62,226 bases of DNA, from the NCBI GenBank assembly GCA_964553685.1, contig CAZKLB010000004.1, positions 18,704 to 80,929 of the forward strand, in the 5' to 3' direction. Each line of letters starts with the position of its first letter. The first letter of the stretch is position 1. The stretch comes from an uncultured Marinoscillum sp. (GTDB lineage Bacteria > Bacteroidota > Bacteroidia > Cytophagales > MED-G16). The position numbers and the translations under genes were made by a program. The notes beneath the pieces are model-generated. The model worked only from the letters and a program-made list of their open reading frames with translations. It was not told the DNA's origin and ran no database searches. Positions 8,970-17,741 of the stretch are shown in pieces.

Positions 8970-9158
8970 ATGTTTAAATTTATAAAGCTTTTTAAACCTT
9001 TAGAACTCGTATTACTTATACTAGTTCTTGCAACAATAGTGGTCTCTGAAATGTTTTTTTTCAATGACGAACCTCTAAAAGCTGTTTTTTTGGGTTTATG
9101 GGCTCCAACTATACTTCTTTTTATTTTGGTATTTAATCAAAAGAAAAGAGATTTATAG
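8970..9158 (+). CDS. Small two-TM membrane protein, unknown function
   Basis: 62 aa, two hydrophobic helices, FLGLWAPTIL motif, A/T-rich leader. Confidence 0.65.
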   Translation: MFKFIKLFKPLELVLLILVLATIVVSEMFFFNDEPLKAVFLGLWAPTILLFILVFNQKKRDL

Positions 9159-9171
9159 AAGTAAACTAACT

Positions 9172-9300
9172 ATGTCTGAACTGTTAACTAAAGATTTTAT
9201 CTTCCTTTGGGCAGGAATCGTTTCCGTGTCGTTCATAATATGGATAATTTTAACGGCTAAAGAACTTAATGAAATTGTTGATAAAAGAAGCAAGAAATGA
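9172..9300 (+). CDS. Small single-pass membrane protein (42 aa), unknown function
   Basis: Not in ORF track. MSELLTKDFIFLWAGIVSVSFIIWIILTAKELNEIVDKRSKK fills the gap exactly and ends in an ATGA overlap with the next gene. Confidence 0.65.
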   Translation: MSELLTKDFIFLWAGIVSVSFIIWIILTAKELNEIVDKRSKK

Positions 9301-9632
9301 ACGCACACACGGCAAGCTTAGTTAATGCCATCCTATTAATTTCTGTTGGAGGATGGGGCTATTTTGAATCTAGTTCACCAAGTGCTCTAATTCCAGTTAT
9401 AATTGGTGTCATTTTATTTTTTTTAAATAAAGGTGTCAAAAATAATAACAAAGTAATCGCCCATATTGCAGTCTTATTGACATTATTATCTTTTGCATTA
9501 TTTATGCCATTGATGAGAGCTTTAGAAGATGGAAGAAGCGATGCGGTTCTCAGGATACTTATAATGTTAAGTTCCTCTGTATATGCAATGGTTTTCTTTA
9601 TCAAAAGCTTTATTCAAGCAAGAAAAAAATAG
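9297..9632 (+). CDS. Small multi-TM membrane protein (TMEM14-like)
   Basis: 111 aa, 3-4 TM; GGWGY..S.SALIP..IG and AHIAVLLTLL segments. Confidence 0.6.
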   Translation: MNAHTASLVNAILLISVGGWGYFESSSPSALIPVIIGVILFFLNKGVKNNNKVIAHIAVLLTLLSFALFMPLMRALEDGRSDAVLRILIMLSSSVYAMVFFIKSFIQARKK

Positions 9633-9649
9633 ATTAAAAATATAGTTGG

Positions 9650-12613
9650 ATGAAAAAAAAATCCTTCATCATTTTATTTCTTTTAAGCTATAATTTATTA
9701 TCTCAAAATCTTGATACAGTAAAATGGGTATCCACTACTGGAGATGATATAAATGGCACAGGTGAATCCTTCAATCCTTATAAAACCATAAAAAAAGCTT
9801 TATCTGAACTAGACTCTGGAACAATATACTTTCGAGTAATTGAAAATATTGATACTTTCAGAGAGGAAGTAGTTATTGATGGAAAGGAAAATATCACTAT
9901 TCGTGGACACGAACCCGGCAACAAATTTGTAATTTTTGATGGAACATCTGACTTAAGTAATTTTAATTGGATAAGCCAAGGAAATAATATCTTTAAAACC
10001 ACCATTGACACAACAATATGGCAATTATTTATTGACGGTAAGGAGATGGTTATGGCTAGGTGGCCGAATGCTCAGTTTATAGATAAATCAATTTATAGCT
10101 GGGAAACGTGGGGACAAGGTAATGAAAGTTTAAGTACTAATGGAAATGTTATTGTTGATGACAATTATCATGACATGTCTAAATTAAAAGGAAATTTAGA
10201 TACTGCACACGCCATTCTAAATTTGGGATCATTTAGAACATGGAATAGTAAAATATCCCATTCCCAAGGCAACAATTCTTTCACATACGATAAGGATATT
10301 TCAGATAACCAGTACAAGGACAAACACCATTATTTTTTTATAGAAGGAGACTATGACTTACTAGATACAATAAACGAATGGTATCATAATCCAACAACTG
10401 GTGACCTCTGGGTCATGACTGATGGAACAAATCCAAATGAACTTGATATAAAGGGTAAAACATCTTCTTACTCTTTTGAAATAAAAAATTCAAAAAATAT
10501 TACAATTGAGAATCTCTTTTTCTTCTCCTCTACAATAAAAGTTTCATCGAGTGAGAATATCATTATTCAAGATTGTAATTTTGCCTTCCCTTCCACATCA
10601 AAAAGAATGATAGGTGATTTAGGAACACCAGAAGCTACTTCAATAGGAATAAGTGGCTCATCAAATAAAGTTAATAATAGTATCTTCCGTAGAAATTTAT
10701 TTGCTTACACCGATGGTGATGCTTTAAGAGTTTTTGGTGATAACAATAGAATTGAGAATAATATTTTTCAATATATTGACTATTCTGTCTCTGAACTTCC
10801 AGGCCTGATGGTATCTTTTTATGTTAATGGTGACAAAAATGTATTTACAAAAAATTCAATTAATGATACTCAAGCCTCTGCAACTTTAACCCCTGGAGAA
10901 AGAAGTGAATTTTCATATAATAAAGTAACAAGAACTGGAGCATTACAATCTGACGGATCAGTTTTTCAAGGAACAAGAAATTACGTTGCAGAATCCGAAG
11001 TTCATCATAACTTCATTTATAATACACCTAAGCTTGCCCTCCGATACGATGCGCCTGGTGATGATCCAACAGCAGCTGGACAAAGAGGTAAAATGTATAA
11101 TAATGTTGCAATTAACACAAGCGGTATAATGGTTAAAGGAGACTATCATTATATTGCAAATAACACAGTAATTGGAAGTAATAAAAATGGGATGATCATA
11201 TTAGACGAAGAAAATTCAAATCTTAATACTTTCACCCAAAATAACCTTGTAGATAAACTTTCTGGTCATAGAAGTATTAGTAATTATGAGGATAAAGATC
11301 AAAATGGATTTCCAGATTATCCTATTCCTGGGACATCGTCAAATAACTGGAATGGTTGGGACTCTGTTAAAACATCCTACATTGATGAGGAAAATATTGA
11401 TAATTTAATTTATAGTTTAATTGATAGCGTTACTCTAATGCCATTGGAGGGTTCTCCATTAATTAATGCTGGCACTAGTATTGATTCTATACCACTTGAT
11501 ATTATTGGCGAATCTCCTGATATTGGAGCATACGAGTATGGTGGAGAATTATGGATTGCTGGCTATGATGGTTGGTACCCTAGATATTACCCCTGGAATT
11601 TTATGGAAAATATACCAAGGGGGATTTTAACTTCGTCTAGTTCTGATTTATATGAAGATTCCACAATTATTGAAATGTCTTTCAAACTTGAAGGTGGACC
11701 ACACAACGAGGATATAATAATTAATATAGATACTATTAATACTATTGGAAGCGCTGATTATGGCAATGACTGGATACTCATTTACGAAAGTGATACAATA
11801 GAAAACCCAAATGAGGATATAATTTGGATGAAAGGAAAAGATTCAATTTCAATAAAAATTTATCCAATAAGTGATGATGTATATGAAAGAAATGAAACCT
11901 TAGTTGCAGGTATATTTGGAAGGTCAGCAATAAGTAGAGTAGTTCCTATTAATACTGGAATATATGGAAATTTATATGATAATGATCCAATGCCAACAGC
12001 ATCTGCTTCAGTAAATACAGATTCAATCTCAGAAAACTCCGAAACAAAAATAATAAGAGTAAGCCTCAGCAACCCTTCAAAATTTGATATTAATCTAGGA
12101 ATTTCAGTAGAAGACAGCCCTTTAATTCCTGGAGAACTTGCAGAGAATAAAATAGATTTTGAATTAAATTTAGATACCATAATTTTTCCTGCTTTAAGTA
12201 AAGAGCAAGAATTTAGTATAACTACTATTCAGGATGATGAAATCGAGAGCGATGAACTTGCAATATTAAATATTGAATCTATAGAGGATTCAATTTATCT
12301 GGTTGTTACTCTAGTTATAATTGATGACGACGAACCATTACCTCTCTCAATTGAAAATAAAAATAATTCAAATCAATTATTCCCAAATCCCGCTAAGGAT
12401 GTAATTAATTTAAAACTCAATAATCAATTTAAAATTGAGAACATAAAATTTACTGACCTTGAGGGCAAAGAGTTTAAACCTAAAAATATTATTCTGAATA
12501 AAAAATTTATTAATTTTGACGTATCAAATCTTGACGAGGGAATCTACGTTATCCAAATACAAACTAATGATGATATCCTAAAAGTCAAACTTATAATTGA
12601 TAGAAACAACTAG
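9650..12613 (+). CDS. T9SS-secreted right-handed beta-helix protein with Calx-beta-like repeats and C-terminal T9SS sorting domain
   Basis: Signal peptide; WVSTTGDD..GT..NPYKTIKKAL; MVMARWPNA; Asn-rich helix rungs; GSPLINAG..PDIGAYEY; C-terminal LFPNPAKD..GIYVIQI..KLII. Confidence 0.8.
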   Translation: MKKKSFIILFLLSYNLLSQNLDTVKWVSTTGDDINGTGESFNPYKTIKKALSELDSGTIYFRVIENIDTFREEVVIDGKENITIRGHEPGNKFVIFDGTSDLSNFNWISQGNNIFKTTIDTTIWQLFIDGKEMVMARWPNAQFIDKSIYSWETWGQGNESLSTNGNVIVDDNYHDMSKLKGNLDTAHAILNLGSFRTWNSKISHSQGNNSFTYDKDISDNQYKDKHHYFFIEGDYDLLDTINEWYHNPTTGDLWVMTDGTNPNELDIKGKTSSYSFEIKNSKNITIENLFFFSSTIKVSSSENIIIQDCNFAFPSTSKRMIGDLGTPEATSIGISGSSNKVNNSIFRRNLFAYTDGDALRVFGDNNRIENNIFQYIDYSVSELPGLMVSFYVNGDKNVFTKNSINDTQASATLTPGERSEFSYNKVTRTGALQSDGSVFQGTRNYVAESEVHHNFIYNTPKLALRYDAPGDDPTAAGQRGKMYNNVAINTSGIMVKGDYHYIANNTVIGSNKNGMIILDEENSNLNTFTQNNLVDKLSGHRSISNYEDKDQNGFPDYPIPGTSSNNWNGWDSVKTSYIDEENIDNLIYSLIDSVTLMPLEGSPLINAGTSIDSIPLDIIGESPDIGAYEYGGELWIAGYDGWYPRYYPWNFMENIPRGILTSSSSDLYEDSTIIEMSFKLEGGPHNEDIIINIDTINTIGSADYGNDWILIYESDTIENPNEDIIWMKGKDSISIKIYPISDDVYERNETLVAGIFGRSAISRVVPINTGIYGNLYDNDPMPTASASVNTDSISENSETKIIRVSLSNPSKFDINLGISVEDSPLIPGELAENKIDFELNLDTIIFPALSKEQEFSITTIQDDEIESDELAILNIESIEDSIYLVVTLVIIDDDEPLPLSIENKNNSNQLFPNPAKDVINLKLNNQFKIENIKFTDLEGKEFKPKNIILNKKFINFDVSNLDEGIYVIQIQTNDDILKVKLIIDRNN

Positions 12614-12622
12614 TTACAGAAA

Positions 12623-13018
12623 ATGAAAATAACGAAAACATTATCAGTACACCCAGACAATCTTGGTGCAACTTTTAGTCTTCTATGTGTAATACATTGT
12701 TTTGCAACACCATTACTTTTTATAACACAAAGTCATTTACTCACTGTCCCCGGTTGGTGGCAAGGTTTAAACTACATATTTTTAACTCTCTCATTAGTAG
12801 CAGTATACAAATCAGCTCAAAATTCATCAAATCAGTTAATAAAAGTTCTCTTATTTGTTAGCTGGAGTTTTTTAGCATTTTTATTAATAAGTGAAGAGTT
12901 TCACCTTCTACACTTACCTGAACCTATAACATATTTCACTGGGTTTACACTTGCATTCTTACATATGTATAATAAAAAATATTGCAAGTGCAATGATCAG
13001 GAATGTTGTATTGAATAA
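12623..13018 (+). CDS. MerC domain membrane protein
   Basis: DNLGATFSLLCVIHCFATP motif, four TM segments, Cys-rich tail CKCNDQECC. Confidence 0.8.
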   Translation: MKITKTLSVHPDNLGATFSLLCVIHCFATPLLFITQSHLLTVPGWWQGLNYIFLTLSLVAVYKSAQNSSNQLIKVLLFVSWSFLAFLLISEEFHLLHLPEPITYFTGFTLAFLHMYNKKYCKCNDQECCIE

Positions 13019-13020
13019 TT

Positions 13021-13028
13021 TATATTTA
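13021..13028 (+). promoter_or_regulatory. Putative -7 promoter box variant TATATTTA upstream of the nucleoside hydrolase
   Basis: One mismatch to Bacteroidota TAnnTTTG; 18 nt before the TTG start. Confidence 0.4.
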
Positions 13029-13046
13029 CCTTAAAGGCAAATCCCT

Positions 13047-13958
13047 TTGAGAAAAATAATAATAGATACAGATACAGCAACAGACGATGCAATAGCATTA
13101 ATAATGGCTCTAAAATGCGATTATTTCGATGTTTTAGCTATAACTACTGTAGCTGGAAATGTTGACTTAGAGCTAGCAACAAATAATGCCCTATATACAT
13201 GTGAACTTTGTGAATCTCAAACTCCTATTTTCAAAGGAGCATCGGGTCCTCTGAATAGAAAACTAGAAACCTCCAAATTTTTTCATGGTAGGGATGGAAT
13301 GGGAGATACTGGTCCATATGAGCCAAGTAATAAATCAAAAAAAGATAACGCAGTTGATAAAATTATTTCTCTTTTAAAAGATAATCCTCATGAAATAGAA
13401 ATCATCGGTATTGGACCCTTAACAAATATAGCTGAGGTCTTTAAAAAAGATCCAGACACATTCAGATTAATCAAAAATCTATATGTTATGGGGGGAATAG
13501 GAGAAGGTAGAGGAAATATAACTGAGTTTGCAGAATTTAATTTTTGGGTTGATCCAGACGCAGCAAATATGGTTTTAAACTCAGGATTAGATGTAAAAGT
13601 TATTGCATGGGACGTGACTCAGATATATGGATATTTAGATAGAAATAATTTTGATGATCTAGAAAAAATTAATACTTCTCTTTCAAGATTTGCTATAAAT
13701 ATTCAGCAGAGAGGATTAGAATACTATAAAGTAAAATACAATGAATACAAAGTTGACCTGGCAGATCCATTAGCTATGGCAATAATGATAGATGATAGTG
13801 AAACAGTTTATAGAAATTGCAAGGTAAATATTATACTCAAAGGTGAAAAAAGAGGACGAGATAGTTATGAGTTTATAAATTCAGGAAAAATTAAACTTGC
13901 ATCAAAAGTTTCTAGGTCAAAGTTTTTAAATATTTTACAATCAAGTCTTGAATTATGA
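13047..13958 (+). CDS. Nucleoside hydrolase (IU-NH family)
   Basis: TTG start; DTDTATDD (DxDxxxDD), TTVAGN, FHGRDG, IGPLTN, VMGG, AEFNFWVDPDAA. Confidence 0.9.
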   Translation: MRKIIIDTDTATDDAIALIMALKCDYFDVLAITTVAGNVDLELATNNALYTCELCESQTPIFKGASGPLNRKLETSKFFHGRDGMGDTGPYEPSNKSKKDNAVDKIISLLKDNPHEIEIIGIGPLTNIAEVFKKDPDTFRLIKNLYVMGGIGEGRGNITEFAEFNFWVDPDAANMVLNSGLDVKVIAWDVTQIYGYLDRNNFDDLEKINTSLSRFAINIQQRGLEYYKVKYNEYKVDLADPLAMAIMIDDSETVYRNCKVNIILKGEKRGRDSYEFINSGKIKLASKVSRSKFLNILQSSLEL

Positions 13959-14818
13959 AAATTTTAAATTACGGCTCAATTAATAAAGATTTTATTTACA
14001 CAGTAAAAGACTTTGTGAGACCAGGTGAAACTATTAAAACAAGAGGTTTTAAAGATTTTTTAGGTGGGAAAGGATTAAACCAAAGTGTTGCTGTTGCTAA
14101 GTCTGGTATTAAAATTTTTCATGCTGGTTGTATTAATAAAAAGGATAGTCAAATAAAAAATTATTTAGAAAATTGGGGAGTTGACACAAAAAATATTTTT
14201 TACGATGATGAGCCAACTGGACATGCTATAATCCAAGTGAATAAAAAAGGTGAAAATTCAATATTAATTCATGGTGGAGCCAATAGAAAAATAAACTCAA
14301 AACATATAGAGAAAACAATATCACAATTTAATACTGGAGATTTCTTAATAATTCAAAATGAAATTAATAAAGTTCCAGAAATCATTGAGAGAGCCAATCA
14401 TCAAAAAATGAGAATTATTTTTAACCCTGCTCCCTTTACTGAAGAGGTATTAAATTATCCTTTAGAAAAAGTAGATACTATAATTTATAATGAAACTGAG
14501 GGCACGGGTTTATCAGGTTTTAAGAAAATCAATGAAATAAAAAGTAATCTTTTGGAGAAATACCCCATGCTAAAACAAATCTTAACACTTGGAAATCAAG
14601 GATCAATTTATTTTGATAAAGAAAATGAAATACCAGTTAAAGCAATTAAAGCAAAAACCATTGATACTACAGGTGCAGGGGACACATTTGTTGGATACTA
14701 CGTATCTTCACTATCAAAAAAAATGAAAATAAAAGATTGCTTATTAAGAGCTTCTAAGGCTGCAGGAATAACTACTGAGAAACTTGGAGGAGCAGTTTCT
14801 ATTCCATCAATTGACTAA
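13955..14818 (+). CDS. rbsK: Ribokinase (PfkB family)
   Basis: GSINKD, GGKGLNQ, GENSI, FNPAP, NETE, DTTGAGDTF; ATGA overlap with the hydrolase. Confidence 0.88.
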   Translation: MKILNYGSINKDFIYTVKDFVRPGETIKTRGFKDFLGGKGLNQSVAVAKSGIKIFHAGCINKKDSQIKNYLENWGVDTKNIFYDDEPTGHAIIQVNKKGENSILIHGGANRKINSKHIEKTISQFNTGDFLIIQNEINKVPEIIERANHQKMRIIFNPAPFTEEVLNYPLEKVDTIIYNETEGTGLSGFKKINEIKSNLLEKYPMLKQILTLGNQGSIYFDKENEIPVKAIKAKTIDTTGAGDTFVGYYVSSLSKKMKIKDCLLRASKAAGITTEKLGGAVSIPSID

Positions 14819-16185
14819 AGAGCTTCTTTTTTCCTTTCAACAAATGTATTTAAACCATTACTGTTCTTTACTAAGTCAAAGGCATCATATAAATCTCCAA
14901 CGGCAGTATATGCTTTATATGTAAGCTTATCACCATCAATTGAAATTACTTGAAAAAGCTGTTTGTTATTTCCTACCCTATCTCTTAGAGCTTCATATTC
15001 TTCCCATCCAGGTTTAACTTTATACATCTTACCTCCACTTACAGAAACAACATATACAGTTCCTGTAACGTCTTTTACATTATTGCCAGATAACATGTTC
15101 ATTTCATATGGAGCAACCCTCCCTCTTGTATATGTATGATCATGACCTTGTAAAGCAAGGTCAACTTTATACTTGTCAAATAATGGTTTCCATAGTTCTC
15201 TAAGAGTAACGTTGTCTCTTCCTCTAGAAGCTGAAAAGACTGGATGGTGAAAAGTTGCAATTGTCCACTTATTTGGATTATTTTTTAAAACGCCCTCTAA
15301 CCATTTCGATTGTTCCTCAATCATAAGATTACTATTAAGAGCAATAAACCTCACTCCTTGATAGTCAACATAATAATTTGTTTCTTGAATACCTCTTACT
15401 CCATTATTTGGGAATGTAAACTGGTTATTCCATTGCACCGATAATCTTTTAACATTTTCATCAATATCTTTCTGGACAAATGGTCTATACTCATGATTAC
15501 CTGGAACAGCTAACGAAGGAAGAGATCTATGAATCCATCCCCCTGCCATAAACCACTCGTGCCACTCATTTTCATTGTGAGCTTCATCAACTAAATCGCC
15601 CGCGTGTATAATAAATTTAGCGTCAGGAGCCTTTCTATAACTTTCTCTTATTAACCTTGACCACAGCTCAAGAATATAATTTTGAGCATCTCCTACATAA
15701 AGAAATGAAAATGGTTCATTTGTTTCGTGGGCAGTTCTAAATTGAATCCATTCGCTCCAAATCTTTCCATTTCCAACTCTATAAGCATATAATGTATTAG
15801 GTTCTAAATTATCAAATGTTACCGAATGATAATTATGGTTTACGTTATTAAATTTCGTTTTTTCGGGATCTCTAGAATTATAATTTTGAACAATATTTGC
15901 ATAACTCATATTTTGGGTAATTGCTTTTTTGGTGACACCTCTTACTATGAAACTAGGGTTCGCAGTAGCCTTAGCTATCTCTCCAAATCCCTCTTTTACA
16001 TCTTTTGAAGTTCTCCAAGTAACACTTATCGACTTAGAGGGGTCCCCTGAAAAATTAAGTACAATATGATCTGGATGCTTTGACGGATTACTCCAACTTT
16101 TAGCAAACTCAGGCTTTACATATTTTTTTTGAGCAGATATCTCATTGAATAAGAAAAATGAAATGACAATTATAGCTATCCTCAT
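14815..16185 (-). CDS. Secreted metallophosphoesterase, purple acid phosphatase-like with FN3-type N-domain
   Basis: Signal peptide; VGDAQ, HAGDLVD, PGNHE, FHHP, QGHDH. The Tyr of the purple GDxxY motif is absent. Confidence 0.88.
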   Translation of the reverse strand: MRIAIIVISFFLFNEISAQKKYVKPEFAKSWSNPSKHPDHIVLNFSGDPSKSISVTWRTSKDVKEGFGEIAKATANPSFIVRGVTKKAITQNMSYANIVQNYNSRDPEKTKFNNVNHNYHSVTFDNLEPNTLYAYRVGNGKIWSEWIQFRTAHETNEPFSFLYVGDAQNYILELWSRLIRESYRKAPDAKFIIHAGDLVDEAHNENEWHEWFMAGGWIHRSLPSLAVPGNHEYRPFVQKDIDENVKRLSVQWNNQFTFPNNGVRGIQETNYYVDYQGVRFIALNSNLMIEEQSKWLEGVLKNNPNKWTIATFHHPVFSASRGRDNVTLRELWKPLFDKYKVDLALQGHDHTYTRGRVAPYEMNMLSGNNVKDVTGTVYVVSVSGGKMYKVKPGWEEYEALRDRVGNNKQLFQVISIDGDKLTYKAYTAVGDLYDAFDLVKNSNGLNTFVERKKEAL

Positions 16186-16193
16186 AATGACCC

Positions 16194-16201
16194 CAAAAGT
16201 A
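16194..16201 (-). promoter_or_regulatory. Putative Bacteroidota -7 promoter box TACTTTTG for the phosphatase
   Basis: Exact TAnnTTTG match, 8 nt before ATG 16185. Confidence 0.55.
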
Positions 16202-16282
16202 TAAAAATTATTTTAAACAATACACAATTAAAATGGTGAACTGTATATCTCAAAAACTTTAAATTTTTATTTTTAAAAAAAA

Positions 16283-17152
16283 TTACCCGAGATATTTAAA
16301 CTTCTCCATTCTCTTGTAGATATATAAGATTATAAGACCAAATAATACACCTGAGGCTATCAGTATGACACTAACTAAACCTGATGCTGCAAATGATAAT
16401 CTAAGTAATATTGTTGATATAATAAAACCAGTATTTCTAATTAACTGAGAGTAGCGTTCTGTATACCTAAAGGAGATAAGCAGTATAAATACATCAACAA
16501 GTATGAGAATTGTAAAGAAGTCTACAAAAAATAGAAAATTTACATTATCATCATATCCATTAGAAAATAAGGATGCGTTGGCCCAACTATAAAAACTCCA
16601 CCCTGCCAAAAATAATAAAGTAGGAACAAGTAAAATTGAAATTAATTTTTTTTGAGAAATAAACTTTTTTAATTTTTTATCAGGCTTCGTAGTTTTTGGT
16701 CTACCAGCTGTAGTTTTAAATAAATAGATTAGAAAAAATACAACGAGAATTCCTAAAAGATCATAAATTAACTGAATATTATAATCATTTGAGAAGAAAG
16801 GAACATCTAGGTTTACAAGAGGAAAGTCCTTAAAAATTTTTCTTATAAGTATGAGAGAAATTATCTCATATTCTTTCACAACAGTAACAGTGAAAGAATT
16901 TGGGAGATAGTATATTAATAAATATGCCTCATACACAAGAATAAATGAAAAAGGGGTATAAAGCGCTGATATAGGATCTAAGAGTAATGTATTATTAAAA
17001 TTAAAATCTGTATAATTATACTTGTTAAGATATATCAGTATGAGATGTATTATAAAGCCTGAAGTAGCTAAGAATAAAATATATTTTTCAAAAATTTTCT
17101 GACTTTTTTCGGAAAATATCGTATGAAAGATTGAATCAACTTTATTCAACAT
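16283..17152 (-). CDS. Polytopic membrane protein of unknown function
   Basis: 289 aa, about 7-8 TM; LYTPFSFILVYE, YEIISLILIRKIFKD, RNTGFIISTILLRLSF. Confidence 0.75.
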   Translation of the reverse strand: MLNKVDSIFHTIFSEKSQKIFEKYILFLATSGFIIHLILIYLNKYNYTDFNFNNTLLLDPISALYTPFSFILVYEAYLLIYYLPNSFTVTVVKEYEIISLILIRKIFKDFPLVNLDVPFFSNDYNIQLIYDLLGILVVFFLIYLFKTTAGRPKTTKPDKKLKKFISQKKLISILLVPTLLFLAGWSFYSWANASLFSNGYDDNVNFLFFVDFFTILILVDVFILLISFRYTERYSQLIRNTGFIISTILLRLSFAASGLVSVILIASGVLFGLIILYIYKRMEKFKYLG

Positions 17153-17169
17153 ATTTTTTAATTTTAATT

Positions 17170-17709
17170 ATGAAAAATATATTCTTCTTTATTTTGATTT
17201 TCACATACTTTAACGGCTATTCGCAAGAATTAGTTATAGGAGAAGAGAGAATTGAGCCAGGAATCATTTTTGTTTTTGAAGGTGCAGTAAAGGATGTTGT
17301 ATACCCAAAATCAATAAACTTAGATGAAGAGTTAACAAATATTCATATTGAAGCTAGGGTAAACTGGGACAATAATAACTTACCAAAAGGCACTCCTTCG
17401 GGTGGTTTTATTCCTTATCTCAACATAAATGCAATTATTACAAATGATAGAACAGGGCAAAGAACTTTTGTGGATTTAACTCCTCACTTAAATCTCATAG
17501 ATAACTTTCACTACGCTAGAAATATTTCTTTACCTGGTAATGTTGATGACTTATATAATGTTATATTTAATGTGAATCCTCCAGAAAAGTTATCGCTTTC
17601 ATTTCATAAAGATTGGAGTGATACTTACTCCAATCAATTATTTAAACCAATCACATTCGAGTACAAAAAAGTAGACTTTGAGGAGATTGCAAATTCATCA
17701 AGAAGATAA
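17170..17709 (+). CDS. P19/FetP/Tpd-like exported metal-binding protein (Fe2+ transport family)
   Basis: Signal peptide; ELVIG, IHIEARV, GFIPYL, FHYARN, VNPP, FHKD match the P19 layout. Start moved to ATG 17170. Confidence 0.8.
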   Translation: MKNIFFFILIFTYFNGYSQELVIGEERIEPGIIFVFEGAVKDVVYPKSINLDEELTNIHIEARVNWDNNNLPKGTPSGGFIPYLNINAIITNDRTGQRTFVDLTPHLNLIDNFHYARNISLPGNVDDLYNVIFNVNPPEKLSLSFHKDWSDTYSNQLFKPITFEYKKVDFEEIANSSRR

Positions 17710-17718
17710 TTTTTGAGT

Positions 17719-17726
17719 TATATTTA
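17719..17726 (+). promoter_or_regulatory. Putative -7 promoter box variant TATATTTA upstream of the M1 peptidase
   Basis: One mismatch to TAnnTTTG; 15 nt before ATG 17742. Confidence 0.4.
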
Positions 17727-17741
17727 CCTAACCAATTTATC

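Noticed and set aside
12623-13018. Mercury resistance locus
   Set aside because: No merA, merR, merT or merP in the window.
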